From positions 124,001-188,000 of the forward strand of contig CDROCS010002105.1 in assembly GCA_977020255.1 (NCBI GenBank): a stretch of DNA of 64,000 nucleotides, given 5' to 3'. The position numbers were made by a program, and so were the translations under genes. This document shows, piece after piece, positions 50,286 through 60,368 of the stretch (positions within the stretch are counted from its first letter, which is position 1; each line of letters opens with the position of its first letter). The DNA comes from Obrimoposthia wandeli (Eukaryota). The notes beneath the pieces are model-generated. The model ran no database searches. It was given only the letters and a program-made list of their open reading frames with translations, and was not told the DNA's origin.

Positions 50286-50519
50286 TGGCTGATAAAAAAA
50301 TCCGTTTAAAGTCCATCATAGGCGATGGGATGGGGGGTGGATTTAATCGTTAAATAAAACTAAATCCACATTTAAAGGTAGCTGATTGTTGCCGACCGTT
50401 GGTCCCGTCATTATGACTTCACTGAGGGAATAAAGGTACAACGCGTTGCTTCTTTATTAACTGATACTGCGCTGTTGCTATGACACGTGAAACCTAAATT
50501 TAGATTATCTTAAGGCAAT

Positions 50520-51410
50520 ATGATGAAATCCATGAAAAAACTATTCACACTCTCTTTAACAGCTAGCGCAATTTTTTTAACCGGCTGTGCACATTCTCCT
50601 ATCGCAGAAATACGTTACCAACAGTCAGATGCGTTTATTGAGCAAATATCCAAAAACATCAGTGAAGACCCAACCTTGACTGAAACATTACAAATTGATC
50701 ATTCTCGATTAGCAACCGCCGCGGGCGCTACTTTTGCACCGACGCGTGTGATTATGTTTGATAATGATGCGTTAGAGTCCAAAATGTTAAAGCAAAACCA
50801 GCAATTAGCATTAGCATTACCCTTAAAAGTATTAGCGTTTGAATCTGCTGAAAATGGCCAAAGTCATATCATTTGGAATGATATTAGTTACTTTTCTAGT
50901 CGCTACAAAATGCAGTTTAGTGATGCCATTGCAGGAGAATATGATCTTTCAATGGAAAGTGCGGTGAAGGGCATTGCTTCTGAAAATATTGATGCTTTTT
51001 CTAATAATATGATGCAAGACGATGGGATCATTACTTTAAAGAGCAAATTGTCGTTTAAAGATTCCGTTGTTAAAGCAACACAAGCAATTAAGAGCAACAG
51101 TGATGTAACGGTGTTCGATACGATTGACTACCAAGCAAAAGCGGCAACGCAAGGTGTTGATATTAATAAAACAACCTTGATTATGTTTGGTGCACCCAAA
51201 CCTGGGGGGGAATCAATGAATGGCTCGCAAACATTAGGACTTGATGCTTTCCCACAAAAATTATTAGTATGGCAAGATAATTCAGGCGTTCATATTACTT
51301 ATAATAAATTAACAACGATGGCTGACCGACAAGATGTACATAAAACGATTGCGTTGAGAGTGATCCAATACCGACTTAATAGTACATTTGAAGCCGCTTT
51401 TGAACAGTAA
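50520..51410 (+). CDS. Tandem DUF302 lipoprotein
   Basis: Lipobox LTGC; two IDH/IDY..F..P..LP.K.L units. Confidence 0.8.
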   Translation: MMKSMKKLFTLSLTASAIFLTGCAHSPIAEIRYQQSDAFIEQISKNISEDPTLTETLQIDHSRLATAAGATFAPTRVIMFDNDALESKMLKQNQQLALALPLKVLAFESAENGQSHIIWNDISYFSSRYKMQFSDAIAGEYDLSMESAVKGIASENIDAFSNNMMQDDGIITLKSKLSFKDSVVKATQAIKSNSDVTVFDTIDYQAKAATQGVDINKTTLIMFGAPKPGGESMNGSQTLGLDAFPQKLLVWQDNSGVHITYNKLTTMADRQDVHKTIALRVIQYRLNSTFEAAFEQ

Positions 51411-51823
51411 GTAATACGAAAATAATGCTTCCCTAGTCGTAATATTCTAGCCTAGGCATAACTCGGTAAAATCATTGACTAAGTTATGCCTTTATCAACC
51501 TGTTAGCCATAAATAAACAACAAATCACCTCTTATTCGCCACAACCCTCTTTAATGTTATAAACTTCAATTGTTGGCTTATTGCATTGCATCCTCATGAA
51601 TATATTAAAGATCATTTTATGAATATATTCACGTTGAGCCTGAATGTGGCCGTTTCTGTTTGATACTTATTGTTATAAAAAGAGAGGGAAATTAATGAGC
51701 TATAACTCAGGCTTTGATGAAGCTGGGCTAATATATCCTGGCTGTTTATACTATATTGATGAGAGTTAGAAGTGATTGATACCATCATAACCAAGCCACT
51801 TCTTCATTAAATAAAATCAATAA

Positions 51824-52732
51824 ATGGAATTACGCATGGATTTAAATCTTTTAAAAACCTTTGATGCTGTTATTAAGTCACAGAGTGTTAATGAGGCTGC
51901 AGAAATTCTACATATTACAGCCCCCGCCGTGAGTCATGCCCTTAATCGACTACGAGATCATTATCAGGACCCGCTGTTTGTCCGTAAAGGCAGGGGAATC
52001 GTGCCTACGAATTATGCCTTAGAGCTTCATGCTGAAATTCAAGAGCCACTTTCATTATTATTAAACGGCGCAAATTTACGCGAAGAGTTTGACCCTAAAA
52101 CGAGTCAGCGTACATTTAGAGTGTCTAGCCATAAAGACATCGATGTTATGTTGGTGCCTCACTTGACCCGATATAAACAAGAACACTCCCCGTATATAAC
52201 GGTTAAAGCCGATATTGAACACCTTAATGAGACTGCACGACAAGAAGATCTTGTTCGTCGTAAGGTCGATATCGTATTAGCCACCGTGCCATTAACAGAT
52301 CATGGTTATAGCAATGAACTGTTATTCGAGAGCGAGCTTGTCGTGACGGCGAGCAAATCACACCCTCGCATCCAAGATACATTAAGCGCTGAAGATTTTA
52401 GCCGAGAGCTACATGTTGTTTGGCAAACAGAGCGATTAAATACCTTGTTATTAGAGTCGCTGGTAAGTGAAATGTTGCCTAACAGAAAAGTAGCTTACGC
52501 GACGGGCTCTACGATCACTGCGTTAGCCCTAGCTGAAGATACCGATTGGCTCTGTGTGAGTAGTCGTTGGCATGCAGAGAAATATGCCGATGCATTTGGT
52601 TTAAATGTATTTGAGGTGCCCTTTGAGGCAAAGAAAGTACCTGTCTATATGACATGGCATCATTCTCAACGAAAAGATAAAGGCCATCAATGGCTGAGAA
52701 ATGCGATCATTGAATCAGTTAAAAAGATTTAA
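51824..52732 (+). CDS. LysR-family regulator (LeuO-like)
   Basis: DLNLLKTF..AA..L..TAPAVSHALNRLR..DPLFVR; KGHQWLR. Confidence 0.93.
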   Translation: MELRMDLNLLKTFDAVIKSQSVNEAAEILHITAPAVSHALNRLRDHYQDPLFVRKGRGIVPTNYALELHAEIQEPLSLLLNGANLREEFDPKTSQRTFRVSSHKDIDVMLVPHLTRYKQEHSPYITVKADIEHLNETARQEDLVRRKVDIVLATVPLTDHGYSNELLFESELVVTASKSHPRIQDTLSAEDFSRELHVVWQTERLNTLLLESLVSEMLPNRKVAYATGSTITALALAEDTDWLCVSSRWHAEKYADAFGLNVFEVPFEAKKVPVYMTWHHSQRKDKGHQWLRNAIIESVKKI

Positions 52733-52789
52733 TAAGCGATATTCCATGCAAAGGTTAATGGGGGGCTTTTAGGACTAAATTAGGTGGGC

Positions 52790-53050
52790 TACATGACAAG
52801 AATTAAATGCGAGCCGATTGTTAATGTCGGTGTAAAAGGATCGCTTAACGTAAAGTCGATAATATCACCATTTGGTATAACTATATCTTGCCCTCTGATT
52901 AAAAGAGAAAGACCTAAGCCTATTTTTGCTCCATTTCTAGCGCCATTACTGCCATCGATTAACCCTTAATAGCTGCAGATCTTGCTGTTCTACCTACGGT
53001 TAATTTGGTGCATACGGGTAAAGTGGCAACACAGGCAGTGACGATGGCTT
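52790..53050 (-). pseudogene. Frameshifted relic of a glycine-zipper-like protein
   Basis: VGRTARSAAIKG / IDGSNGARNGAKIGLGLSLLIRGQDIVIPNGDIIDFTL split across two frames. Confidence 0.5.
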
Positions 53051-53201
53051 GCTTAATTTTAGGCGCTAATTTTAAGCAACATTTAAATGAGGAACAGCTC
53101 GTGAATGACCTTTTTTACTGTCTTTAATATGAAAAAAGGGAGAGATAATGATACATTACCTCTCCCTTTTGTGGGTTGTGTTTATACTGTTGTTGAGGCC
53201 G

Positions 53202-54197
53202 TTAGCCTTGGAATACCCAGTTTTCCCAACTTTGCATGCGTAAAATGACTTTACGAACAACACTAAACATTTCCCATTTTGGCGAATAGACAGCGACGTG
53301 TGCATCTGTGCCAGCTGGAATAGGGAAATTCTGCAGTAAAGAGGGATCATCGATAACAATTTTAGTGATAATACGGCCATTTCCTGATGTATTCTCAGCT
53401 GCCATCATTTTACCTGATGGCATGAATGAGCCTTGTGCAAAAATATCATTGACTTGCTCAACGTGCGCTTTAAAAGCATGCCCTGGGAACGTATGAAAGG
53501 TCACTTCAGCAGGGTAACCCTCTTTAATGTAGCGCGCGGGTGCTTGTGGAAACGCCGCAAATAACTGTTTATCTTCTTTGTGCACAAAGGTTAAGTTACC
53601 TTGGAAAGGAGTGGTACGGCTTTTCATACCAGGGCGAAGACCGATTTGAGTAACATAACCGTCAGTCGGTGCAACAACCGTTGTACTATCCAAATTAAAC
53701 TCAGCGAGTGTCAATTGCGATTGGTATTTAGTTAAATTCGCTTTTTGCTCTAATAATTGCGTTTGAACGTTATCTATATTCTCCTGTGAAGAGAACCCTT
53801 TTGCGCCTAATTTTTTGTAACGTGTTAGCTCTTTGTTATAGAAGCTCACTGCGACCTGTGTTCTTTTTATGTCTGCATTAACACGTGCCACTTTATCGCT
53901 GAAAGGTGTTTTATCGATTTGATATAACGCATCGCCTTTTTCCATCGGCTGGTTAGGTTTAACGTAAACATCGGTTATTAATCCACTAACTTGTGATGTA
54001 ATTGGCGTTGTTATGCTAACCACACGTGCCATTCTTGAAACCGGTTGGTACATCGCCATATAAAGGAAAATCCATCCCATTAGAAACAGACCAATGACCG
54101 AAGCAGTTGTCATGGTCCACTTGTTTTTTGGCAGTTTAAATACTTTGAAAGTAATAATACAAAGCGCGACGTAGCTTAATAAAATAAGTGTTTCCAT
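53202..54197 (-). CDS. HlyD-family membrane-fusion protein (YibH-like)
   Basis: ITSQVSGLI, KGDALYQID, VVAPTDGYVT. Confidence 0.88.
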   Translation of the reverse strand: METLILLSYVALCIITFKVFKLPKNKWTMTTASVIGLFLMGWIFLYMAMYQPVSRMARVVSITTPITSQVSGLITDVYVKPNQPMEKGDALYQIDKTPFSDKVARVNADIKRTQVAVSFYNKELTRYKKLGAKGFSSQENIDNVQTQLLEQKANLTKYQSQLTLAEFNLDSTTVVAPTDGYVTQIGLRPGMKSRTTPFQGNLTFVHKEDKQLFAAFPQAPARYIKEGYPAEVTFHTFPGHAFKAHVEQVNDIFAQGSFMPSGKMMAAENTSGNGRIITKIVIDDPSLLQNFPIPAGTDAHVAVYSPKWEMFSVVRKVILRMQSWENWVFQG

Positions 54198-54514
54198 TAT
54201 GATGCTTCCAGTTCAATTTTTTCAATGCGTTTAAGTAATGCTTGGTATTTCAATTCATCGGTATGGTCAGTCTCACCAAGCCATTTAGGTGCTTTGCTGT
54301 CGTACATCGAAGCCCAAATCCATAAAAAAGGCCACAATACATGAAGGAAAAATAAGCTGATCCAGCCTGCGACATGAATTGCTTCTGCATGGGGGTGGTT
54401 ACGTTTTTTTGCCATTTCATAGGGGATGTCATGGATGATGATCAGCCCGTAAATGAGTATTAATAAAACCGTGAATAAGATGCCTAGAGAAAGATAATCA
54501 AGTGTTAAGTTCAT
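54197..54514 (-). CDS. DUF3302 (YibI-like) membrane protein
   Basis: IHDIPYEMAKKRNHPHAEAIHVAGWISLF..WPFLWIWA. Confidence 0.88.
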   Translation of the reverse strand: MNLTLDYLSLGILFTVLLILIYGLIIIHDIPYEMAKKRNHPHAEAIHVAGWISLFFLHVLWPFLWIWASMYDSKAPKWLGETDHTDELKYQALLKRIEKIELEAS

Positions 54515-54658
54515 GTGTTGTGCCTCGTTATTAATTTCGATGTATAATATTGAGATTGCATAACAGCTACAAATAGCATCGCTAAGAAGTGGAATTAGTT
54601 TGATTCATGAATTAACCGATATAGGCATTGAAGGTTAATAACTTATTTTCTAAATGTG

Positions 54659-54831
54659 GCGATTGTGGCTAGAGGGATTTGTTCCAAATCCGCCTCACCC
54701 AGAACACTCCGTCATATTAAAAGAAACCGCTACTCTGTTAGCGGTTTTTTTACGTCTGGATTTTGTCAAAGATGATAGGGATGCAGAATCTTAGACTGGG
54801 TTCATCTGAGCGAAGTGAAAGCACATTGCCC
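54659..54831 (+). repeat. ~172-bp tRNA-linked direct repeat, right copy
   Basis: GCGATTGTGGCTAGAGGGATTTGTTCCAAATCCGCCTCACCCAGAACACTCCG..GCACATTGCCC. Confidence 0.95.
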
Positions 54832-55492
54832 CTCTTGCGTTTAATTCATTTGCGAGTGGAGGATGGATCGAATCCACGTTATCTAGAAAATTCTTCAGGA
54901 AGGTAGTGAGGGGGGGAAGTAATATACATCGAACCCCGCTTGAATCTGGATAGCCTTCAAAGCTATAGCGAGTAAGTGACATTAATACTAAACGGTACAA
55001 TAACGTAAATGTTTTCTATAAATAAAAACAAAAAATAATATGTTGTAAACATCTAATATATGTTCTCATAACTATACTTTAGGATTAGCTCTACATGTGT
55101 TTGATATTCACTCAAACTCCTCGAGTTACTCCTAAATCATTAGCTGTACCACGAGTAATCCCCTATAATGTGCGACCTTCATTGAGGGTTTCATTAGTTT
55201 TAATAAGGTTATTACAGAGATAGCCAGCAGACATTGTTGCTTAATGCCAGCATGGATACACTTGATATGACCACGGAACCGTCAATCACAAACACGCGTA
55301 CACCGTTGTTTGTCGATCTCATCATTATCATCACTACCTATATCGTACCGTTTCGCAATCACTTTTTTTTGCTGCGTTACGTATGCGGTTCGCTTGCTGC
55401 GTATTCTCTCATCGGTTTACCGATACATGGAAGATATGACACTCAAACCCTTTGAAGGCTATAACATTATACCTATAAAGGAGATGTCCACT

Positions 55493-56785
55493 ATGGACTC
55501 TGTTAAAAGCAATACAGCGAATACTTCGGCAAGCAGCGTAAAAAAATTGGGGTGGAGTAAAAGTGACACCGTATGGGTACTTGGTTTATACGGTACAGCC
55601 GTAGGCGCTGGTACGTTGTTTCTTCCAATCAATGCTGGTGTGGGTGGTTTACTCCCTCTGATCATGATGACAGTGCTTGCACTTCCTATGACTTTCTTTG
55701 CTCACCGCGCCATGACACGCTTCGTTTTATCAAGTGCAAACCCGGGTGCAGATATCACTGAGGTAGTTGAAGAACACTTTGGTGTGGGTATGGGTAAAGT
55801 GATTACTTTGCTGTATTTCTTCGCGATTTACCCAATTCTATTGGTATACAGTGTTGCTTTGACTAACACCGTTGAAAGCTTCATGGTAAACCAGTTAGAG
55901 ATTATGCCTCCAGCACGTGCTTTGCTTGCTTTAGGTTTGATCATTGCTTTAATGGCTATTGTACGTTTAGGCGAACAGTTGATCATCAAAGCCATGAGTA
56001 TATTGGTGTTCCCGTTTGTTGCCGTGCTTTTGATGCTAGCAATGTATTTGGTACCTTACTGGAACGGCTCAATTTTCGAGAACGTTATGCCGACTGACGG
56101 TGGTTACAGCACCATTATGATGGCGGTATGGCTGATCTTACCTGTGATGGTTTTCTCTTTTAACCACTCACCAGTAATTTCATCATTCGCAGTGGCAAAA
56201 CAAAAAGAATACGGTGCTGATGCAGAAGTACAATGTTCGCGCATTTTAGCACGTAGCCACATTATGATGGTTGTCACAGTGATGTTCTTTGTATTCAGCT
56301 GTGTACTTAGCTTATCACCAGAAAACTTGGCTGAAGCAAAAGCACAGAACGTTTCTATTCTAACGTACTTGGCAAATCACTTTGATACACCAGTTATTGC
56401 TTATGCCGCACCGATTGTGGCAATCATCGCAATCACTAAATCTTTCTTAGGTCACTATTTAGGTGCTAGCGAAGGCTTGAATGGTTTGGTCGTAAAAGTT
56501 GCACGAGGTCGCGGTAAAACTATCGCGCCAAAAACACTGAATACCGTCACTGCGTTGTTTATGTTGCTGACCACTTGGGCTGTAGCAACGATTAATCCAA
56601 GCATTTTAGGAATGATTGAAAGCCTTGGCGGACCGATTATTGCTATGCTGCTGTTCATCATGCCGATGTATGCTATCAATAAAGTACCTGCGATGCGTAA
56701 GTACTCTGGCGCATTGAGTAATGTCTTTGTTACTGTGATTGGTTTACTTTCAATGTCTGCGATTTTCTACTCACTCGCACAGTAA
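55493..56785 (+). CDS. sdaC: HAAAP serine/threonine permease
   Basis: WVLGLYGTAVGAGTLFLPI, FSFNHSP, KSFLGHYLGA; start re-called to ATG 55493 (RBS AAGGAG). Confidence 0.85.
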   Translation: MDSVKSNTANTSASSVKKLGWSKSDTVWVLGLYGTAVGAGTLFLPINAGVGGLLPLIMMTVLALPMTFFAHRAMTRFVLSSANPGADITEVVEEHFGVGMGKVITLLYFFAIYPILLVYSVALTNTVESFMVNQLEIMPPARALLALGLIIALMAIVRLGEQLIIKAMSILVFPFVAVLLMLAMYLVPYWNGSIFENVMPTDGGYSTIMMAVWLILPVMVFSFNHSPVISSFAVAKQKEYGADAEVQCSRILARSHIMMVVTVMFFVFSCVLSLSPENLAEAKAQNVSILTYLANHFDTPVIAYAAPIVAIIAITKSFLGHYLGASEGLNGLVVKVARGRGKTIAPKTLNTVTALFMLLTTWAVATINPSILGMIESLGGPIIAMLLFIMPMYAINKVPAMRKYSGALSNVFVTVIGLLSMSAIFYSLAQ

Positions 56786-57085
56786 TGACAGACCGTAAGT
56801 AACAGATAAAGATCATGATAACGATTAATGCCGTTCGCTTAAGGTGAACGGCATTTTTATTGTCTGTTATTTATTACTTGTGTTGAATATCCAAGCCTCT
56901 TTTTGAAGTAGCTCGGATGGCGCACTTATCGCACGCGCGTAAAATGACTTTGCACTAGCTGAAGGGCCATTACATTTTTATATTCGGGCGCTCGAACAGC
57001 ACAGTGTTTGATAATGGCGGCTTAACTTGAATGTATTCGAGCGAGTTTGCTACTGTGGAACGTCAGATTAGAAAGGACTCACATT

Positions 57086-57703
57086 ATGTCGGTAACAAAA
57101 CCTACGTTGTATTATGTCTATGATCCTATGTGTTCGTGGTGCTGGGGATATAAACCTGTTTGGCTACAGATTAAAGAAGCGGTCGCTAATGAGGTCGAGA
57201 TTGTGTATGTCTTGGGTGGGTTAGCACCAGATTCAGATGCACCAATGCCAGAAACCATGCAGCAACAAATTGCGTCATATTGGAAGAAGATTGAAAACTA
57301 CCTCGGTACCCAGTTCAATTATGACTTCTGGCACCAAAACACGCCACGCCGATCAACTTATCCCGCTTGTCGTGCCATTCTTGCTGCTCGTGAGCAAAGG
57401 GCAGAGCCTGCCATGTTAGATGCGATTCAACATGCGTATTATCTTGATGCGAAGAACCCGAGTGACAATGACATTTTGATTGGTTTAGCAAAAAGCATTG
57501 GTTTAGATTGCAAGAAATTTGAAGAAGACTTTTTATCGCCATCGACGCATGATGTTCTATTGCGTGAAATTGCTTTTGCACGCTCGATAGGAGGCAACAG
57601 TTTCCCGTCTCTATTTGTGCAAACAGAAAAAAGTGTAGGGGAATTGATGATCAATTATCAAGATGCAAAAGCGACAATTGCGCAGATAAAAAGTGTGATT
57701 TAA
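57086..57703 (+). CDS. DsbA-family (DSBA-like) protein
   Basis: YDPMCSWCWG, STYPACRA, SFPSL. Confidence 0.88.
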   Translation: MSVTKPTLYYVYDPMCSWCWGYKPVWLQIKEAVANEVEIVYVLGGLAPDSDAPMPETMQQQIASYWKKIENYLGTQFNYDFWHQNTPRRSTYPACRAILAAREQRAEPAMLDAIQHAYYLDAKNPSDNDILIGLAKSIGLDCKKFEEDFLSPSTHDVLLREIAFARSIGGNSFPSLFVQTEKSVGELMINYQDAKATIAQIKSVI

Positions 57704-57784
57704 CGACCTGTTACTACAAGTTGATGGAAGTGACGCCATTTCTGGCGTCACTTTAAATAAATCAGAGAGTATTGTATTGGTTGA

Positions 57785-58576
57785 TTATTGTGATTGGGCA
57801 GCTAACCAGTTGGCGGTAACAGTATCAATCGGTTGGTTTTCTCGTGATACTTTATAATCCAATTCGGCAATGATCTCATTCGAGAAACGCAGTGCATCTA
57901 ACGTTTCTAGTTGTTCCTTGGTGAACAATTCTTTTTTACTTTCTCTGAGTAACAACACCGCACGATCGACAATGCCCAGTAAGCCTTTTGGTTCTTTTAT
58001 TTCACGAATATTATAACGGTAGTGTAAGAATTGCGGCTTCCAAAGCGGCACAATGAACCACTCTTTGTTTTCAACTGCTTGTTCGAAAGTGCTGAAACAG
58101 GCCTCTTCAGTACCAGCATGGAATGCATAACCCGCATCGTTCAGACCATACTCTTCCATCATCTTAATCGAAAAGCGGGTAATACCTGCACCAGGGTTAA
58201 TGCCTTGAATGTCATTTTTCATTTTCTTCACGACATCAGGTTTTAATAGATCGGCCACTTCTGCGACATCCTCAGTTGGCACATAATCAGGCACGCCCCA
58301 CAATGCATACGGTTCGTAATGTAAGCCAAGTTCAATCAGCGGTTCAACTTCTTCCACTTCTGATTTATACATGCCATGACTTGAAGGTAACCATGCCGAT
58401 GTCAGTAGATCAATATCACCATCTTTCAGTTTTTTAAAATTTTCTTGATGGGGTGAGTAAACGTGCTCTACTTCAAAACCCATGTTTTGTAATACATGCG
58501 AAATTAATGACGCTGTAATGCGATGGAAAGAGAGGTCGGTTACGCCTAATGTTAATTTCTGCGACATGATTTTCAC
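57785..58576 (-). CDS. Glycine-betaine-type substrate-binding protein, no signal peptide
   Basis: AWLPSSH, GINPGAGIT, VPLWKPQ. Confidence 0.8.
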   Translation of the reverse strand: MKIMSQKLTLGVTDLSFHRITASLISHVLQNMGFEVEHVYSPHQENFKKLKDGDIDLLTSAWLPSSHGMYKSEVEEVEPLIELGLHYEPYALWGVPDYVPTEDVAEVADLLKPDVVKKMKNDIQGINPGAGITRFSIKMMEEYGLNDAGYAFHAGTEEACFSTFEQAVENKEWFIVPLWKPQFLHYRYNIREIKEPKGLLGIVDRAVLLLRESKKELFTKEQLETLDALRFSNEIIAELDYKVSRENQPIDTVTANWLAAQSQ

Positions 58577-58825
58577 CTTCTTGGATTGAATTCATTGTTT
58601 GGGTACGGGAAAAGCATACCCTTATAATAGTGAGTTAAAAATAGGGTAACGTTTGAAGCATTCTCTAATAATTTTTGACAATGGAAGGCTCACATCACCG
58701 TATCGAAAGCGGTAAAACCATTGGTAAGATATGATTTGTTTGTATCAATAGAAAAAGCTTTCTTGGCATAAGGTTAACTTGGTATAACCGACAGAGTGAT
58801 TCAAAAAATAGGATGCCCGCCTTGC

Positions 58826-60277
58826 ATGGAAATTAGCTTTACACATCTCAGCGCACACGGTGCGACGTCGATACTGGATATCGAAAATTGGATCATTGAG
58901 GATCAACAACCTTGGGCTATTTTTAGCACGGAAGGGGACATTGGCTCGCTTCTTGGGGAACTATTGTGTGATGAACTAGCGTACGAGGGTAGCCTAAAGA
59001 AAGGTGCAGGCAAAATTGCACAAGTGTCGCTGGTGGAACAACAGCGTTTACTGGAAGACGAACTGGCAAAAGATGATACAGATTTTCTGGATCGTATTGA
59101 TAACGGCAGTACGATTTATGCCTTGATCTTCCAGCAATGTGAAGATGAGTCTCTTACTCGGCGTTTGATTAACGATCTCGATTTGGTGCATTTGCAAGAG
59201 AGTGGTTTCCGCGTGTTGTCGACAGGGGAAACCCGACGCGTTATGTTGGCGCGTGCTTTGGCTTCTAAGCCAGACTGCTTAGTATTGGACAATCCTTTTT
59301 CCGGCCTTGATGTGGCGCACCGTCAGTCTCTGTCTGATTATCTGACTGCATTATCTCTATCGGTACAAATGCTGGTGACTTTTTCACGAGAAGAAGACAT
59401 GCCAGAATGGATAGACCATATTGCGTTGTTTAATCATGGCAAGTTAGACAGCTTAATGGATAAAACAACGTGGGACCGTCATCCTGTAATCACCCAAATT
59501 AAAGCGCAATCAAAAGTGCAAAGTGAACAAATGATGGCCTTGATACGCCGTCATCAGCATAGTTCATCGTTCGAAAACCCTATATTTGCACTAAATGATG
59601 GTGTGGTCGCTTATACGGATAAAACGATTTTCACTGGAGTGAATTGGAGAATTAATAAAGGTCAACATTGGCAAGTGAAAGGGCCGAACGGTTGCGGTAA
59701 AAGTACATTGCTTGGTTTGATCTTTGGTGATCACCCACAATGTTACAGCAACGACATTCAGATATTTGGTAAGCAGCGTGGCTCGGGTGAAACTATCTGG
59801 GAAATTAAGAAGCACATCGGCATGGTGTCTTCGGCGTTGCACCTGCAGTATCGAGTCAATTGCTCTGCACTCGAAGTGATTGTTTCTGGCTTTTATGACT
59901 CCATTGGTTTGTACACTAAACCAAGCCGTAAAGAGCAAGACGTTGCCAGAGAGTGGCTAGACATCCTTCATATGACGGAGTACGCCAAAACACCGTTCCG
60001 ACAGTTGGAATACGGTCAGCAGCGTTTATTGCTGATTGCGCGTGCTATTGTGAAACAGCCCACCTTATTGATTTTGGATGAACCTTATCAAGGCCTTGAT
60101 TATTTAGGTCGACGATTGATTAAGAATGCACTTGAACTAATTGCTCATGAAAACCTGAGTCAGTTACTGTATGTCTCACATTATCAGGGCGATAGCTTAG
60201 CCAGTATTCGTAATGCATTGACGTTTGTTTTTGATGAGCAAGCCAATTGTTACAAAGCTGAAATTGAAGTCTTGTAA
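58826..60277 (+). CDS. modF: ModF-type double ABC ATPase
   Basis: LSTGETRR, GPNGCGKST, YGQQRLLLIARA; start probably ATG 58826. Confidence 0.85.
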   Translation: MEISFTHLSAHGATSILDIENWIIEDQQPWAIFSTEGDIGSLLGELLCDELAYEGSLKKGAGKIAQVSLVEQQRLLEDELAKDDTDFLDRIDNGSTIYALIFQQCEDESLTRRLINDLDLVHLQESGFRVLSTGETRRVMLARALASKPDCLVLDNPFSGLDVAHRQSLSDYLTALSLSVQMLVTFSREEDMPEWIDHIALFNHGKLDSLMDKTTWDRHPVITQIKAQSKVQSEQMMALIRRHQHSSSFENPIFALNDGVVAYTDKTIFTGVNWRINKGQHWQVKGPNGCGKSTLLGLIFGDHPQCYSNDIQIFGKQRGSGETIWEIKKHIGMVSSALHLQYRVNCSALEVIVSGFYDSIGLYTKPSRKEQDVAREWLDILHMTEYAKTPFRQLEYGQQRLLLIARAIVKQPTLLILDEPYQGLDYLGRRLIKNALELIAHENLSQLLYVSHYQGDSLASIRNALTFVFDEQANCYKAEIEVL

Positions 60278-60368
60278 ACATTGCGTTGTAACTTTTTGGT
60301 GTATTTGAGGCAATAGGCGTTATTAGCGCCTATTTTGTAATGTGAAAGCGTGTGATATTGAAAAAAAA

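Larger units (their letters stand above)
43070..54658. mobile_element. Integrase-less genomic island at tRNA-Ser
   Basis: Bounded by direct repeats; IHF-consensus site (AATCAATAGTTTA on the minus strand) at 43156-43168; AT-rich accessory genes and gene relics; no integrase ORF. Confidence 0.7.

Noticed and set aside
51612-51794. 60-aa minus ORF and 24-aa plus ORF upstream of the LysR gene
   Set aside because: No recognisable motif; probably AT-rich noise or unidentifiable decay
13599-55310. Long N-terminal extensions in the ORF track (malK, malE, rnb, ALDH, sdaC, nrdG and others)
   Set aside because: Internal ATGs with proper RBS match the known N-termini; the extensions run through promoter or leader DNA
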